From sequence record NC_041878.1: a stretch of 64,000 bases of DNA; one strand, given 5' to 3'. The position numbers were made by a program, and so were the translations under genes. Under the pieces are notes generated by a model, which was not told where the DNA came from, did no database searches, and was given only the letters and a program-made list of their open reading frames with translations. Positions 18,986 through 33,200 of the stretch are shown here, piece after piece. How positions within the stretch are numbered: position 1 is the first letter of the stretch; each line of letters starts with the position of its first letter.

Positions 18986-20323
18986 TTAAATGCTTTTAAA
19001 GGCAATTCTCCAATAACCTTGTCTGTATTTGTTCATCACTGATTGATGCCAACCCACGACTTCGTTATATTTGTAAAAATGTGAATCATTTGAATTATAT
19101 ACATAATTTTCTACTGTATTAGGGTCTATAATAGTAGCACCATTATTTTCGATTTTGAATAAATCGTTGGGTTTAATATTAGTACCTTTATACTCTAAAT
19201 TATGTTCAGCAATGTTTATAAACATTTGCTCAGGTAATACGTTTTCTAATTGTGAATTTTCATACACAAATGATTTTATAGGATAGTCTACTGTGTAACC
19301 TGACGTATCTACTTGAACTGTCATTTTGTTAGGAATTTCAGTCGTTGCTCGTTTAATTACATCACCACGGATTGGATTAACTTCTTCAATACCTTGTTGG
19401 AACTTAATATATAATTCTTTCTCATCAAAATCAGGATCTAGATATTTCAAATACCTATCCCATGAATATACATTTCCGTTAGCTGATAGAGGATTCAAAC
19501 TTGAACTAACCAATGTTAGTTCATATATTTCAGAATTGATACTATTATCTACTCTATCAACCAATATGCACATATTCTTAGGAGTATAAACATCCGTAAC
19601 GCTATCAATATAATTTCCCAAATCGATTTCCAATTCATCCTTTGCAGTATTGATATTGGTAACAATTTGTTGTATTAGTTTTGCTTGTTTAACGTTGGCT
19701 GGTAGGCTTAACCACATTGGACATTCAAATGTTAGTACCATAATATCCAAATCAGTATCAGTTCCTTGAGGAAATCCTCTAGTACTGAACTGGCAATCAG
19801 TTAATTCTATATCAACAACACCTGTCCAATCAAGAGGATTCTCTGACAACTGTAAGGTAACTGATGGATTGAACAATGTTGCAATTTGTTCAAACAATTC
19901 CATTTTGTTTGTTAATGTAGTTGTCCAAATATTGACGTTAAATGTTAGTTTCCACGGAGTCGGATTGTATCGAGTTATCTGATATTGTTTATCAAGTTCA
20001 TCTACATATTCATTTTCACGTGGACTAACATTTGTTCCCATCACGGTAGTATATGCTGCTGGAGCACGAAGATTCGATCTATCAAATTTCAATGATTGCA
20101 CGTTAATTGTAATAATAGGAGCAGTTGGTAAAATATTTTCAGAGCCACCATTAATATAATATGCTGCCATTCTGGAAATATCTGCATAGCGAGCTGGAAC
20201 AACTTTATATTTTTGGTTCCCAGCGTCATCTACTCCATTTTTTACTTGAAATTCTCCAAAGACTCTGATAAGATGTTTCAACAGACGGCGAAATTGACCG
20301 TCATAATAATAATTTATTTTCAT
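18986..20323 (-). CDS. gp15: tail terminator / sheath stabiliser, T4 gp15-like
   Basis: N-terminal YYYDGQFRR...F..F.V...VP.RY and P.P..L.F motifs matching gp15. Confidence 0.7.
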   Translation of the reverse strand: MKINYYYDGQFRRLLKHLIRVFGEFQVKNGVDDAGNQKYKVVPARYADISRMAAYYINGGSENILPTAPIITINVQSLKFDRSNLRAPAAYTTVMGTNVSPRENEYVDELDKQYQITRYNPTPWKLTFNVNIWTTTLTNKMELFEQIATLFNPSVTLQLSENPLDWTGVVDIELTDCQFSTRGFPQGTDTDLDIMVLTFECPMWLSLPANVKQAKLIQQIVTNINTAKDELEIDLGNYIDSVTDVYTPKNMCILVDRVDNSINSEIYELTLVSSSLNPLSANGNVYSWDRYLKYLDPDFDEKELYIKFQQGIEEVNPIRGDVIKRATTEIPNKMTVQVDTSGYTVDYPIKSFVYENSQLENVLPEQMFINIAEHNLEYKGTNIKPNDLFKIENNGATIIDPNTVENYVYNSNDSHFYKYNEVVGWHQSVMNKYRQGYWRIAFKSI

Positions 20324-21816
20324 TTGTTATCCTTTTTTCTATAAACGATATTTGGTTTAACAACGTCTTGAATAGAAACCCTATCAGGACTATTGATGAA
20401 ATTGGTTTGCTCAATGTTTGCACCTGTCCACGGTAAACGACCACCATAGTTGAACTGTGACCATGAAGAATTTTCCGCACTATATTGCCATAATGTTACT
20501 GGCACATAATCAGTACGATAAAAGTAACTTCCATCTTCTGGATCACTTGGGAACATAGAACCACTGTTTTCATCTGTTTGTGTAGGTGGAATTGCAGAAC
20601 GAATATCATCATGTGCAGTTCTGTTCGCCGCAATATCTTTTGTGGTAAATGGAACATCACTATGTGAATCTGGTGGAATTACCCATGTTACGCCATCATC
20701 TTCTACTTGATAAAGTTGAGGTTTTTGATAGTAACAGTAGAAATCTTCTGCATCATCAGGAACAATGTTTTCATCTGTGTAAGGTAGTATACAATTTAAC
20801 CATTTTTTATCACTTAAATAGTATTGATACAATGAATATCCAGAAACACTTGCAGGATCTTCTAAGAAGAAGAATGAGAAATCTTCAGCTTTTCTTGGAA
20901 GTTTATTACCATATTGTGTTTCAACAATAGTCCAGTTATCATTAGTATCTTTCTCATAAAGTACTGGTAAAGTAAGTTTTATGAAAAACATATTTTTGGA
21001 TGGATTTGCAGGGAATTCATAACCACTAATAACATAACGTGCCAATTCATTAATATCTGAAAGGTCATCATAAATGTGTTCGTTAGTCCAATGAATATAA
21101 GGTACTTCTGAATCTGCTTGTTGAATGATTCTGTTCATAATATCCAGTTCAGTTTGACCAGTACTGATGCCACCACCTGAACCATTACCGTTTCCGTTAT
21201 TTGGGTCATTTGGGTTATCAGGGAAAGTATTGTTGTCAGGATCTGTAATATCTGAAAACTCTGGTGAATCTGTTAATGGTTTAACACGCAATTTAAAAAT
21301 GTGATGTTGCCATGTTGCAGAATAACCTTCAGATGTTCTGAAAGCATCTTGAACAACATAAAATCTGTTTACACCAACGTCTCGACCTAGCACGTCGAAA
21401 TCGCGTAGGTTTGGTAATTCAATTACGTCACCGGGCATGATTTTTCTTCCCACACGCTGCATCATTGTGTTATAATGAACCGTTATGTCCATCGTATCAA
21501 AATTAAAAAATAAACCTGGAATTTTTAGGTCAGGAGTTGCTTCTTGCACTTGATAAACAGCAGGAAGTGTGATAGCTTGAACGTTGTAGGAACGTTGTGT
21601 AACTTCTCCGAATACGTAGTCACTTAAACTTGACAACGTAGCTGAACCATCAGTATAATCAGGTAAAGTTTGGTCAGTACTTCCAGCATTGCCTTTTGGT
21701 CCTTGATATGTATACAACCACATATCAACACCACCAATGTTATATTGTTCAGCAATGGCTTTATCAATGAAGTTGTAGTCGTTAGTACGACCTTTTTTCC
21801 ACATTCTATAAGACAT
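20320..21816 (-). CDS. gp14: neck/head-completion protein, T4 gp14-like, with a C-terminal extension
   Basis: GGVDMWLY and PGDVIELP motifs. Start moved to MSYRMW (21816), after a ggag RBS; late promoter at 21848-21855. Confidence 0.6.
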   Translation of the reverse strand: MSYRMWKKGRTNDYNFIDKAIAEQYNIGGVDMWLYTYQGPKGNAGSTDQTLPDYTDGSATLSSLSDYVFGEVTQRSYNVQAITLPAVYQVQEATPDLKIPGLFFNFDTMDITVHYNTMMQRVGRKIMPGDVIELPNLRDFDVLGRDVGVNRFYVVQDAFRTSEGYSATWQHHIFKLRVKPLTDSPEFSDITDPDNNTFPDNPNDPNNGNGNGSGGGISTGQTELDIMNRIIQQADSEVPYIHWTNEHIYDDLSDINELARYVISGYEFPANPSKNMFFIKLTLPVLYEKDTNDNWTIVETQYGNKLPRKAEDFSFFFLEDPASVSGYSLYQYYLSDKKWLNCILPYTDENIVPDDAEDFYCYYQKPQLYQVEDDGVTWVIPPDSHSDVPFTTKDIAANRTAHDDIRSAIPPTQTDENSGSMFPSDPEDGSYFYRTDYVPVTLWQYSAENSSWSQFNYGGRLPWTGANIEQTNFINSPDRVSIQDVVKPNIVYRKKDNK

Positions 21817-21857
21817 ATTCTTAATCTCCAAAAAGAAATTTATACCGTATTTATTTT

Positions 21858-21886
21858 TGGAACGACCTAAAAAAATGTGCTATAAT
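21858..21886 (+). promoter_or_regulatory. early/middle-type promoter TGGAACGA-N10-TGTGCTATAAT
   Basis: Matches the consensus; upstream of clpA. Confidence 0.8.
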
Positions 21887-21921
21887 GTATAAGTGCAGAT
21901 AATTTAATGAAGGAGAGCACA

Positions 21922-24219
21922 ATGAGCTATAGTTTCGAAGATTTTTATCAAGAAGGTGAATCATTAGCACGTTCTATGGGTCATTCAATTATGACAGTAG
22001 ATCATCTGACTGTTGTTGCCCTTGATGTACCAAGTATCGTCGAATTCTTAAATGAAATTAATGTCGATGCAGTAAAACTTAAAAAACGCATCACGGATTT
22101 TCTCGAAAATTCTGCTGCACCAGTTCTGCCGTATTCTGTTGAAGAACAGCTTGGCGAGAACATGACTCCAGTTTCTTCTATGATGACTAAAATCATGGTT
22201 GAACTACAAAAGAAAGCAGTTATCGAACAACTTAAAGAAAATGATTATACCATTCAGGCGTATTTCATTCTGTTCGAATGTCTTTCTTTCCCAAATACAG
22301 CATTAGATACTGCACTAGATGAACTTGATCTTAGCCGTACTGCTGTTGCTCGTGAATTGCAAAGTTATATTCACAGTCGTGACTTTGAAGTAGATCTGCG
22401 TAGCAGTACTGCTGATGAAGAACCGCAGGAAAATGAAAAGCTACCATACCAACGTAAAACTAACAAACGTAGCGAAGAAGGCAGTAAACGTAGTATCGAA
22501 AGTTACACTACTAACTTAACGGCACTTGCATCTGAAGGTAAACTTGATCCTCTTATTGGTCGCGAAGTTGAATTGGACGATTTGATTCAGATTCTATCTC
22601 GTAAAACTAAAAAGAATGGTGCACTTGTTGGCGAACCAGGTGTTGGTAAAACTCAAATTATCGACGGTCTTGCTCAGCGTATTGCTGATGGTAATGTACC
22701 AGATTCAATGAAAGATGTTGAAATTCTTTCTTTGAATATGGGAGCATTTACTGCTGGTACTAAGTATCGTGGTGAGTTTGAAGAACGGGTAGATAATCTA
22801 CTTCAAGAACTTAAAGAACGTGAAGATGTAATTCTGTTCATTGATGAAATCCATACTATTATGGGTGCGGGTTCTTCTGGTGGCGGTTCTTTAGATATGA
22901 GCAATATGCTAAAACCTGCTCTATCTCGTGGTGAAATCCGTGTTATCGGTGCAACTACATACGATGAATATCGTAAACATATTGAAAAAGATGCAGCACT
23001 TCAGCGTCGTTTCATGAAAGTTGATATTCTTGAACCAACACTTGATGAAACTCGTCAAATCGTTGAAGGTGTTAAGGTAACGTTTGAGAAGTTCCACAGT
23101 ACTACTTATTCTGCGGAAGCAATTGCAGCAGTACTAGAACTATCTAACAAGTTCTTACAGAATAAACGTTTCCCTGATAAGGCAATCGATCTTCTGGATG
23201 CTGCTGGTGCACGTAACCGTACTAAAGATAAACCAGCCGCTGTAATTAGCCGTGCTGATATTGAAAGTGAAGTAGCTCGTATTGCGAACCTACCTCTTGA
23301 AGTAGTAGCATGTGAAGAAAGTGATCGTATGCTTTCTTTAGGTGATAATCTTCGCAAACGTGTGTTTGGTCAGGATCAGGCGGTTGATAAACTAGTTGAG
23401 AACGTAATGGTTGCTCGTGCTGGTCTACGTGGTAAAAGTACTATTCAAGGTGCGTTCATGTTTGTCGGACCATCTGGTACTGGTAAAACTGAAATTACCA
23501 AAGCACTTGCTGATGCAATGGGTCAAGAATTGATTCGTTTTGATATGTCAGAGTTTGCTCAAGAACATAACGTATCTAAACTTATTGGTTCACCTCCTGG
23601 TTATGTTGGACATGATGCAGGTAACGGTCAACTACTTGATAAAGTTGAAGCACATCCTAACTGTGTTCTACTTCTTGACGAAATCGAGAAAGCGAACAAG
23701 AAAGTACTTTTAACTTTCTTACAAGTTATGGACGAAGGTCGTTTAACTGGTTCTCATGGTAAAACTGTCCACTTCGACAACGTTACTATTATCATGACAA
23801 CTAACTTAGGTGCACGTGATGCTTCAGTACTTTCATTAGGTATGGATTCATCTGGTGATGATGGTATGGATTCTGCAATCAAACAACATCTACCACCAGA
23901 ATTTATTAACCGTATCGATGCAGTTGTTAAATTCAACGAACTTGGTCACGATGTGATTCTAAATGTAGTTGATAAATTCATCGGCGAACTTAACGCTGAT
24001 ACAGCAGTTCGTAACGTCAAAGTAGTTCTTACTGACGCAGCGAAAGAAGTATTGGCAGAGAAAGGTGTAACTCCAGGAATGGGTGCACGACCAATGAAAC
24101 GTATCATCAATGATAAAATTCGTGTTCCACTATCTAAAGAGATTCTATGTGGCTCTCTAAACAAAGGTGGTGAAGCATTGTTCGATGTTATTGATGGCGA
24201 AATTCAGCTAGTCAAATAA
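21922..24219 (+). CDS. clpA: ClpA-like Hsp100 ATPase
   Basis: Clp N-domain (H..MTVDHL), AAA1 GEPGVGKT / LFIDEIH, AAA2 GPSGTGKT / [22 protein letters not shown]; no ClpB M-domain. aggag RBS before ATG 21922. Confidence 0.92.
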   Translation: MSYSFEDFYQEGESLARSMGHSIMTVDHLTVVALDVPSIVEFLNEINVDAVKLKKRITDFLENSAAPVLPYSVEEQLGENMTPVSSMMTKIMVELQKKAVIEQLKENDYTIQAYFILFECLSFPNTALDTALDELDLSRTAVARELQSYIHSRDFEVDLRSSTADEEPQENEKLPYQRKTNKRSEEGSKRSIESYTTNLTALASEGKLDPLIGREVELDDLIQILSRKTKKNGALVGEPGVGKTQIIDGLAQRIADGNVPDSMKDVEILSLNMGAFTAGTKYRGEFEERVDNLLQELKEREDVILFIDEIHTIMGAGSSGGGSLDMSNMLKPALSRGEIRVIGATTYDEYRKHIEKDAALQRRFMKVDILEPTLDETRQIVEGVKVTFEKFHSTTYSAEAIAAVLELSNKFLQNKRFPDKAIDLLDAAGARNRTKDKPAAVISRADIESEVARIANLPLEVVACEESDRMLSLGDNLRKRVFGQDQAVDKLVENVMVARAGLRGKSTIQGAFMFVGPSGTGKTEITKALADAMGQELIRFDMSEFAQEHNVSKLIGSPPGYVGHDAGNGQLLDKVEAHPNCVLLLDEIEKANKKVLLTFLQVMDEGRLTGSHGKTVHFDNVTIIMTTNLGARDASVLSLGMDSSGDDGMDSAIKQHLPPEFINRIDAVVKFNELGHDVILNVVDKFIGELNADTAVRNVKVVLTDAAKEVLAEKGVTPGMGARPMKRIINDKIRVPLSKEILCGSLNKGGEALFDVIDGEIQLVK

Positions 24220-24221
24220 AG

Positions 24222-24250
24222 AAAAAGGGAGCCATATGGCTCCCTTTTTT
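24222..24250. terminator. bidirectional terminator
   Basis: AAAAAGGGAGCC-atat-GGCTCCCTTTTTT between convergent genes. Confidence 0.9.
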
Positions 24251-24251
24251 G

Positions 24252-27200
24252 TTATAGTAGTTGTCCAATTTGTGTACCAGTTACAGTATATCCAGTACTG
24301 AATGTGTTTAATGGTATAGATGGGTAGAAGTTATTATAAACATTCCAATCACCTTCTGCTCCAAGAATCACGCCAATATTGGTATACGTTGTTCCTGCTA
24401 CATAGTTGTTTTCTGCTGTACCGTACATTCCACGTAACATATGACGACCATTACGTAGTAGAACAATCTCATTATTAACTGCTACAAGATTAGTATCTGA
24501 GGCATTTGATGAAGTCAAAATACCATTCGCAATTGATGTACTTTCAACATGTGTAGGTTTAGCAACGTAACCCATACCTTGAGCGGTATCACGAATTGCA
24601 ACAACCAATGATGCATTTTTATCACTAATATACACACCATCAACTAAGGTTCCGGTATAAGTCCAATTGTTCCCGTTCTTAACTGGTTTGATTGATTCCA
24701 CTGGATATTCGTAAACGAATATTTGTAGACTATCATCCATTTTAGCTCTTACTAGTTCACTTAGAACACCCTTACCATAAATTGGTAGATAATATCCATG
24801 ATCTACTTCAACACCATCAATTTCAACAATTTCATTTGATGTGTACCAATCATCATAGTCATCAGTACTAAATGCATTTGAGTACTTTGAACCGATAATC
24901 ATTCTATCATAGAACATGTCATAATCAAGAACACTTATGCGGTAAGAACGCTCTGTGCTGTACATTGCAACTCCAGCATTCACAAATTCAGGATCAGTAA
25001 ATGATGTAATGCGAACTACGTTGATTGATGATGCAGATGGAACCATTAACGTATCGGAAGTACTGTCATATGTAGAGCTAAATGACAATCCACCTAAGCG
25101 AATTGTATCACCAGATACAGATGAAACAGTAAAGATACGTGGTCTAGTTCCATTCTTAATGTTAGCAACAGGTAGAATTGTCTTCATTGTGTTGTCTGAC
25201 ATTAGAACATCATAATCAGTACCTTCTGGTACGAATACCATAACTTTTTCACCAACTTTAAAATCATTTTTCTGTACTAGACGAATTGTACCAGTGGTAT
25301 TAATTACGTCTTTAATACGGTATGAATAACGAATTTCATTTTTAGCAATTAAGTTCTTTTGCATGTATTCGATTGCAGCTTCATAACGAGGAATACTTAC
25401 GATAGCTTCTTTCATGTTATAAGGGTTTTGAACAACATATCCCTCAATCTGGAAGTTACCTTGTGATTTAAGTTGGATATTACCAGAGGTATTATATCCG
25501 TAACCATTCACTGTAAATCTCATTTGTGCTACATCTAGACCTAGTGGATTAATATCACTAATATCAACATAAACTGGATCTTGTGTTGAATTAACAGCAC
25601 CAGATGCATAATATGTAATATCTCTTGTTTGAGATTCTAGACCAGAATTATCAAATGCGTTAGCATCATCAAGATATTGTTTACCAGAAATAGTTTCAAG
25701 TACATTTTGAATGTTATCATATAATGGGTTATTAATGTCTAGAGCCAAATCGTTTAAGTCAGGTTCTAGTAAAGTAACAACATCATTATTGATGATTAAC
25801 CGTTCTTGCATAAAGTCATCTAGACTCACATCCATCGGAACTTCTAAGAATTCTTCAGTAGCAACGTTTTGTACTAGTACTAATTTACGTGGTATCATTA
25901 CCATACAATACATATCAATAGTAGGTTGTGCTAGAATTTGACGAGCAACTTCAAATTGGTCAACTGCATCTGGATTATATGTATTACGCATTGCGGTTAG
26001 TACATATAAAGTATCTAGATAGTTTTTACCATTTAGTGAACCTGTATCCTCATCAATAGAATCCATATCAACTTTCCACGGATACAAACCATATTCATAC
26101 ACTAGGTAATCATTGATTTGAGCATCAGTAAATGATGGATGAGATTCTTTGACTAATTCAACATAATGTTCATACAAGTCTCGACTATACATAATGTAAC
26201 CATAGTTTTCACTATTAACTGCTGAGAAACCAAATGGCAATCTGGTATTCAAGTTGTCAGTTAAGACACGACCTTTAAATGGACAGCCCATTTCTTGGGA
26301 AATATTGGTATCAGTAAGTTGTGTATATAGTCTTCTTCTATTTGCTAATGTGTTATATTGTGTATATTGTTTTGCAACTTTAACAGTAGAATCGCTGTTA
26401 AGTACAGAGTTATAAACTTGTTGTAGATCTTTATCAAACTGCTCTGACGCCGCAACATCATCTTTCAATGATTCAAGCATTTCATTAATAGCATCAACTA
26501 GTGGAATTTGAGTGTTAAATTGTGGATAAATCGCACTAATTCCAACACTTACATTAGAGTTGATGGTACTGCTATCAATCTCTGGATAAGTAAATGCATA
26601 ACGTTGTAGCTTATAATGATTACCTTGCAATAATAGATCATCTTTATTACTCATGAAGGAGTTGTTCACAGCTTCAAGAGTTAATCTATCATTCAAATCT
26701 GCATCAGGTGTACATTGGAAATTATCATAAACGAACATTTCATAAGATTCTTGGAATCTACGGTTCGGATAAACGAAATCTGATGGTAGTGAGCCAATAA
26801 TTTCCCATTTTCCAGTAGTACTGTTATACTGAGCGTATTCATGATCCCAAATATCATCTTGAGTCTTAATCCACGCACCGTTTGTGAAAATATACCCGTT
26901 AGGGTCAAGGTCATTTGATAGACCTAGCATTTCATCAGTGTCAGATGTTTTCTGCTCAATCTGAGAACGAATTTTAGTTCGGTATGGTTTAACTTCTTCG
27001 AAGTACTCAACAATTTGACTAATCAAGTTATCAGTAGCGTTATTTTGTTGTAAAGATTGCTCTAAACCAACAATATAAATGTAAGAAGTTTTGAATACCC
27101 AATCAACTACAGTTTGTTCAGTGTGTACATATTTTACCATGTCAAAAACTAAGCGACTCTGAGTAGTGTTGAATGAATTTTTCAACAATGATAGTGCTTT

Positions 27201-30200
27201 ACGAACGTTAATTTCTACGTTAGTTAGTGAACCATCTTCATTATATTGTTTATAACCATTATACAACTGATTATTCAATGCTACAGTACTGTTTTGTCTA
27301 GCAACTGCTTGCCAGATAACAACATTACGAGACAATGATTTAACATATAATGTCCAAACGCCATCAGCATCAGTGATCCGAATTACATCACCTTCTTGAT
27401 AGTTTTTCTGGTTAGCAGCATCAATACTTAACTCATCAGTGTAAGAAGTATTTTCGTTATAACCAATATCATACCAATCCGCAAGTGACCAGTACTGTGT
27501 CATATCAAGAGATGTTCCTAGTGATTCGATATAGTCAGCTTGCTTAATCATTTTATGCTGACCTTCACCACGGTTTTCTAAAGTAATATAAACTGCTGAA
27601 CCACCAGTACTTGGAGAGTTCATTAGACGAATATAGTTATTTTCATCGAAGTGTACAAAGTACACAGTAGTTGAATTCAATGGAGAAGGTAGAGTACCAT
27701 TGGAACTAACCAATACAGCATCATTTTCTACAAAGGCATCAGTACTTGGATTAATAACAAGTTCGTTGTTAAAGTTTAATACTTTGAAACTGATTAGATT
27801 TGGGTTTTCTTCTTCAGTTTTGACATTGAATACATCATTCATAACAACAGTATTTGTCGTTACGTTGATGGTTTTGTAAATTGCGTTAGCAGAATCAACA
27901 AATGTTCTACGAGCCTCAATTGGATCTTGGAACCAAGTTTCTCCTGGCAAAATACCGTTATCGTTAATTGGATAAATCAAATTAGAAGTTTTTCCGTCAG
28001 GTAATACTTCTTGTGAAATTAGAGAATTCCACATTGAATTCCAAATAACAGGGTTAAAGTTATAATCTAAACCTTCTTTACATAGTTGATACTGATCATG
28101 TTTAATGACTTCAGTAGCATCGTTCTGATAGGTTATAGATAGAATGCTCTTATCATCTGTGATTTCTTGTTGGAGTCCACTGATGATGAATGAATTAGTA
28201 CTAATTGGTGCGAACCACGGAGCATTTAATAACGATGGTTCTTTTATAGTTCTTGCCAATTCATTACAAGGTTTATTTCTGTTCTTAACTTTTGGAACGT
28301 AAATTGCGTTCTGAACCCAAAAATAATATACAGTCTTATAAGAATTAGTACTTACATCGTACTCTTGGAATTCTGAGTAGTAATCTTCAATTGCATCACC
28401 ACTTGGAACCCATGCTGTGCTGTCTTTATTCAACTTAGCTTGACGTTCACAGTACTTAGCCCAATCATAAGGTAATACTGGAGAGGCTACCCATTCTAGA
28501 ACATTAATTTCTGAATTTGGTAGTAGTTTACCCCAATTATAACGCTTATAATTATTTGTAGCTTCTTCATCTACGTTACCTGATGCATCATAAATTGGAC
28601 GGGTATAGTCCATAAAGAATGCATTAGTTGTATTCCACCATACTAAGCCAACTTTTTCAGAACCCCATGCTTGTGTTGTTTCTTCATCACTGTTATACTT
28701 AGCAGGATCAACTGGACTTACGTAAGTAATGTCGCTCATGATACTACCAGGAATAACCCCATTAATTGGGTCATATGTGTTCATATACAATTCAGTAACG
28801 TTGTTTTCTTTATTGTATGTAGTTGGGCGTACAAATAGAGTACTTTCTGGTGCATCATAAGAGTATTTCTTAGTGATGTACGCATTTTTCTGTTCTGTAG
28901 TACTGAAACGGTTTACATAACGATATAAAACAGGGTTATCACCACTGAAGGTAATCGTGTTAGTAACGTTCAACGGAATTACGAAGCTTGTTGGATTTGA
29001 ACCAGTAGTAAAGTACTGAGTTTCCGCTTTTAGCAAATCTGGCATATATTCAGATTCATCCACGAAGAAGAAGTAATCACCATCTTCCATTCCATGTGCT
29101 GCACTTAGTTGTAAAGTACAATGGTTTCCAGGATAGTTATCTTCATCACCAATTGGAGTGATTGAATTTAGTTTAATTCCAGTATTAACTAGTTCGTAGA
29201 TATTCCAGTTATTATCCATATCACGGAATACCCAAACAGAAGTTGGTGTAGAATCCGTATTGCTGATAAAGGATAGACGGTCTGCATAAGCTGTGGTAAA
29301 ATCACGAGTACTGTAAGATACTTCGTCAAGTGTCACTGGTCCAATGTCCGGTAGATGGATTCGTTCACTTTTACCTGAACGCATTGGAAACGCAAATTGA
29401 CCTTTAGGACGAGTAATCCAGCGTGAGTCTATACCTTGTGTACCATAATAAACAATATTGTTCTCTGAACTATCTGATGTTGCATTTTGATCAAATGTAA
29501 ACAACTGTGGTTCTTGTGCAAACTCATTGTTAATTAATTGGAACTGAAGGTGTTTCTTACCATAAATGTTACCATATTCACCAATTTTAAATGCCCATTC
29601 CTGCAATGCTTTGTAGTTATCAGTATTGTACGATTTAGATACACGAAGTACACGTTCAAATACCTGATTCGTACCTTTATCACGAATAAAGCCTTTATAA
29701 AAATCGATTTGTGATGTATCACTAGTAATCATTTGAGAAATATAATCACGAGTTTGGAATCCAATTAGATGACGAGCTAAGTTACGTAGAGTAACGTTGT
29801 CAACAGGATTATCATTATCGTAATAATGTTGGAAATCATCAACTAGTTTTTCGAAATCTGGCATAGTACCAGCTTCTAGGATAATAAATCCAGGTGCTTC
29901 TAGGCGACCATTCCAAGAACCAGTTACATAACCATACATTTTAAGCATTTCATGGATTACACCATACTTAGGAACGTAGATATTGTTTCCGAAAATAGTT
30001 TTATCATCAAAGATTACTGCATGTTCATATGCAACTACACTTACTCGAATTAGAGCCATACGCTTATCAGATTCATCATTTAAGCGAACGCTGAATACGT
30101 TACCAATACGAGAAGTATCAATTTCATATGGACGGATACCAGTGTTTGTATCATCTAATAATGACCATACACCGCCGTTAAATTGAGTTACGGATTGTAC

Positions 30201-33200
30201 TGAACCGAAAGTTGTGCCGAATTTAGCATTTTTAGTACTTGGAGATACTGAAATAAAGTCACCTACTGCTGGAGATGTTGCACTCCATGAGATGAAATCT
30301 TTACCAATAACTGACCAATCTTGAGTAACGCCATCTTCGTTTACATCTTCGAAAATCCAGCCGCTATCTTTTAGATATTCGCCGTAACCACACAAGAAGG
30401 TATAAACTTCTTGATAAGTTTTTAGTAATGTTCCATATTCATAAGACTCGTACTTATCTAGATATTCATTATAATGAATAACTGAACGTTTACCAACTTG
30501 AATTGATACACGACGGCCTGTTTTATTAGGAACTTTATATGTTAGTTTAGCACCAACTAGATCATATCCACTAATTGCGAATCCAGAACCAGTCCATTGA
30601 ATTTTAACAGCACTTAGTACTTCATCACGGAATGCAGCACTTTTTACTAATCCAATATGTTGATTCTCCTGAGATACTAAACCGAAAGAATCCGAGCTAA
30701 ATGTTAATTGATCTTGTTTTGTATAACCACCAATACGATGACCAACATTCACATAAGATGAACGTAAGATATCACCATAATTTGATGTTACATCTTTATT
30801 CTGGTACACTAGGTAATCACTTACCCAAGTTTGATAACCAAGAATACGTTGATTGTTTTCTGTATGAACAATAGTTGTATCGTTAAAGTTTAAACGCTTA
30901 TTGCTTTCTCCATATAAGAATTGTTCACCATCACTAGCAATTTTTTGAATAGTACTTCCTTTTGTATCATAGAAGTAGTTCGCAAATTGGCCTGGTTTCG
31001 CACGTAATAGAGCCATAGCTTTATCATATGCGTACATAACGGTGTTCATATATGTGAATTCCATATCGCCCATGTCACCATAAGCCCACGGTTCAGAAAT
31101 ATGAGCAAGAGCACCACTGACTAAACCTAATACTTCAGGAGCAATTAGATTTAATTCGCAGATTTCTTCACCATCAGTTGTGAATACACCAGTTTTTACA
31201 ATTTCAAATGGTTGAGTGCCGAAACGTTTGTAACGATCATATTGACCTGCACGAGCACCATGTAGAATAGTACCAGTACTTGCATCACCTTGACCAGAAG
31301 TAGTATCCCATAGTCCACTTGGAACTTCGTCACCATTTTCGTCAATTACATATGCAGTATAAACATATACATACTCAGTTGTTCCTTGACCTAAACGTAC
31401 TTTAGTTGGTTCATATTCTTGGTTAAACCAATCTGGACGTTGAGAGAATCCAAACATTTCCCACGGATGGGTATGTGGACGGTAAGTACCGAACATGTCA
31501 GTATAGATTGCTCTCCATGAACCACGTGCTGGAATAGTAGTTGGTTGACCATTTACAACATAAGTTGTTCCTGTATAGTTCCAAGTCATCCAGTTATTAG
31601 GATCATAGTCATGTGTACTGTTATCAATACCATTCGTTGCGATAAAGTTTACATATCCACGTAGTTCAAGTTGATTATATTCGTTGATAGAATATTCAGT
31701 ACTATTGAAGTACGGAGTTGGTTTTAGTAAATCTTCATCCATTGCTGGTTGAAAGTCAACAATTTTAAATGCGTTATCAATACTAGAGAAAATACGATTT
31801 TCAAGTTCATAAATTACATCATCCATTAGGTCAATACCGTTGATAACTCGATATGCCTTGCTTGCAACACCCATATGGTCGATATTATAACATCCAATAT
31901 CACGACCTAGATGTAGATATGTTGCTTTTTCTGGACGGAAAGCTTTCAAAATACCCAAAAATTGTGGTGTAGGTGGTATAAATGTTTTACCAGTAGTGCT
32001 ATTTGAACCTACATTATCTAGTGCAAATGGGAATGAATTATCTTTACCAACATTAATTTTGGAGAAGATCATATCCACAATATTAGATGCACTTTCTGAC
32101 ATAAATGCTGATGGGTCTGCATTATACATATTCATCATTTGGGTACTAAATTTGTTTTTGAAGCGGAAATATTCATATTGAGTGAAAATAATAGCAGAGA
32201 ACAAGTCTAAGTTTTCATTTGCACTGTGAAGCATCAATGGTAATAGTGATGTTTCGTTCTGAATAATCTTAGTACCAACAGAGTTGTCTACTAGATCAGC
32301 TTCTAAACGAGTTTCATAGTTGTTTAAATCATTAACTGAACCTTCAGTAATATTTTTACCAATAATATCTAGGAAGTGTGGAGTATATTCGCCTTGATCA
32401 ATATAATCAACAAATTCATTATATGGGTTATTCTGTAGGTTAATAGGCACTTGATATGAACCTAGACTTAAATCAGGAACTTTAGTTGCACTATAAGTTA
32501 CAATTTCAACAATACTATCTTCGTTAATAGTTAATTCATCATCAAACACGATGCTTTGAACATTACCATCTGCATTTAGAACAGTACTGTAATCAAAAGT
32601 CTTAACTCCATCAAAGAAAACTTCTAGGCTTTCAGATGAATCAGTTGGATTAATCTTCTGAGCTAATTCATAAGTATGTTCGAAACGATCAGATTGTACA
32701 GCGGTGTCTGTGGTTAGATTCCACTTCATAAACGTACTGTTTGATGGTTTGTAATATTTGTATGTACTATCATTTTCCACAACGTATGCATACATATTTT
32801 CAATTGGAGACTTATAAAGATTCATCTCAGAAATAGTATTGAATACTTTGTACATAGAAGTTTTAGTAACTTCTGGTACTTGACGTACATATTGTTTTGA
32901 TTCTTCAGTACTGCGAACCCAATCAGATTTAAGGTTTTGTTCTAATTCACCATTATCAGCTTCAGCAATTACATTATAGAAATATAATCCTGGGATTTCG
33001 GTGATAGCACCAGCTTTAGAATAAGTAAAGCGTTGGGTTTGTAGGAAGTTCTCAAAAATGTAGTAATTATATTGGTTCAATTCTACATGTTGACCATAAA
33101 CTTTATCTAAACCATAGTTGTAGTTAATTTTTAGACCAAATAAGTTAGAGCCAGTAAAAGTACTGCTTGGATATACTGTACTATCGTTTAGTTTAATACC

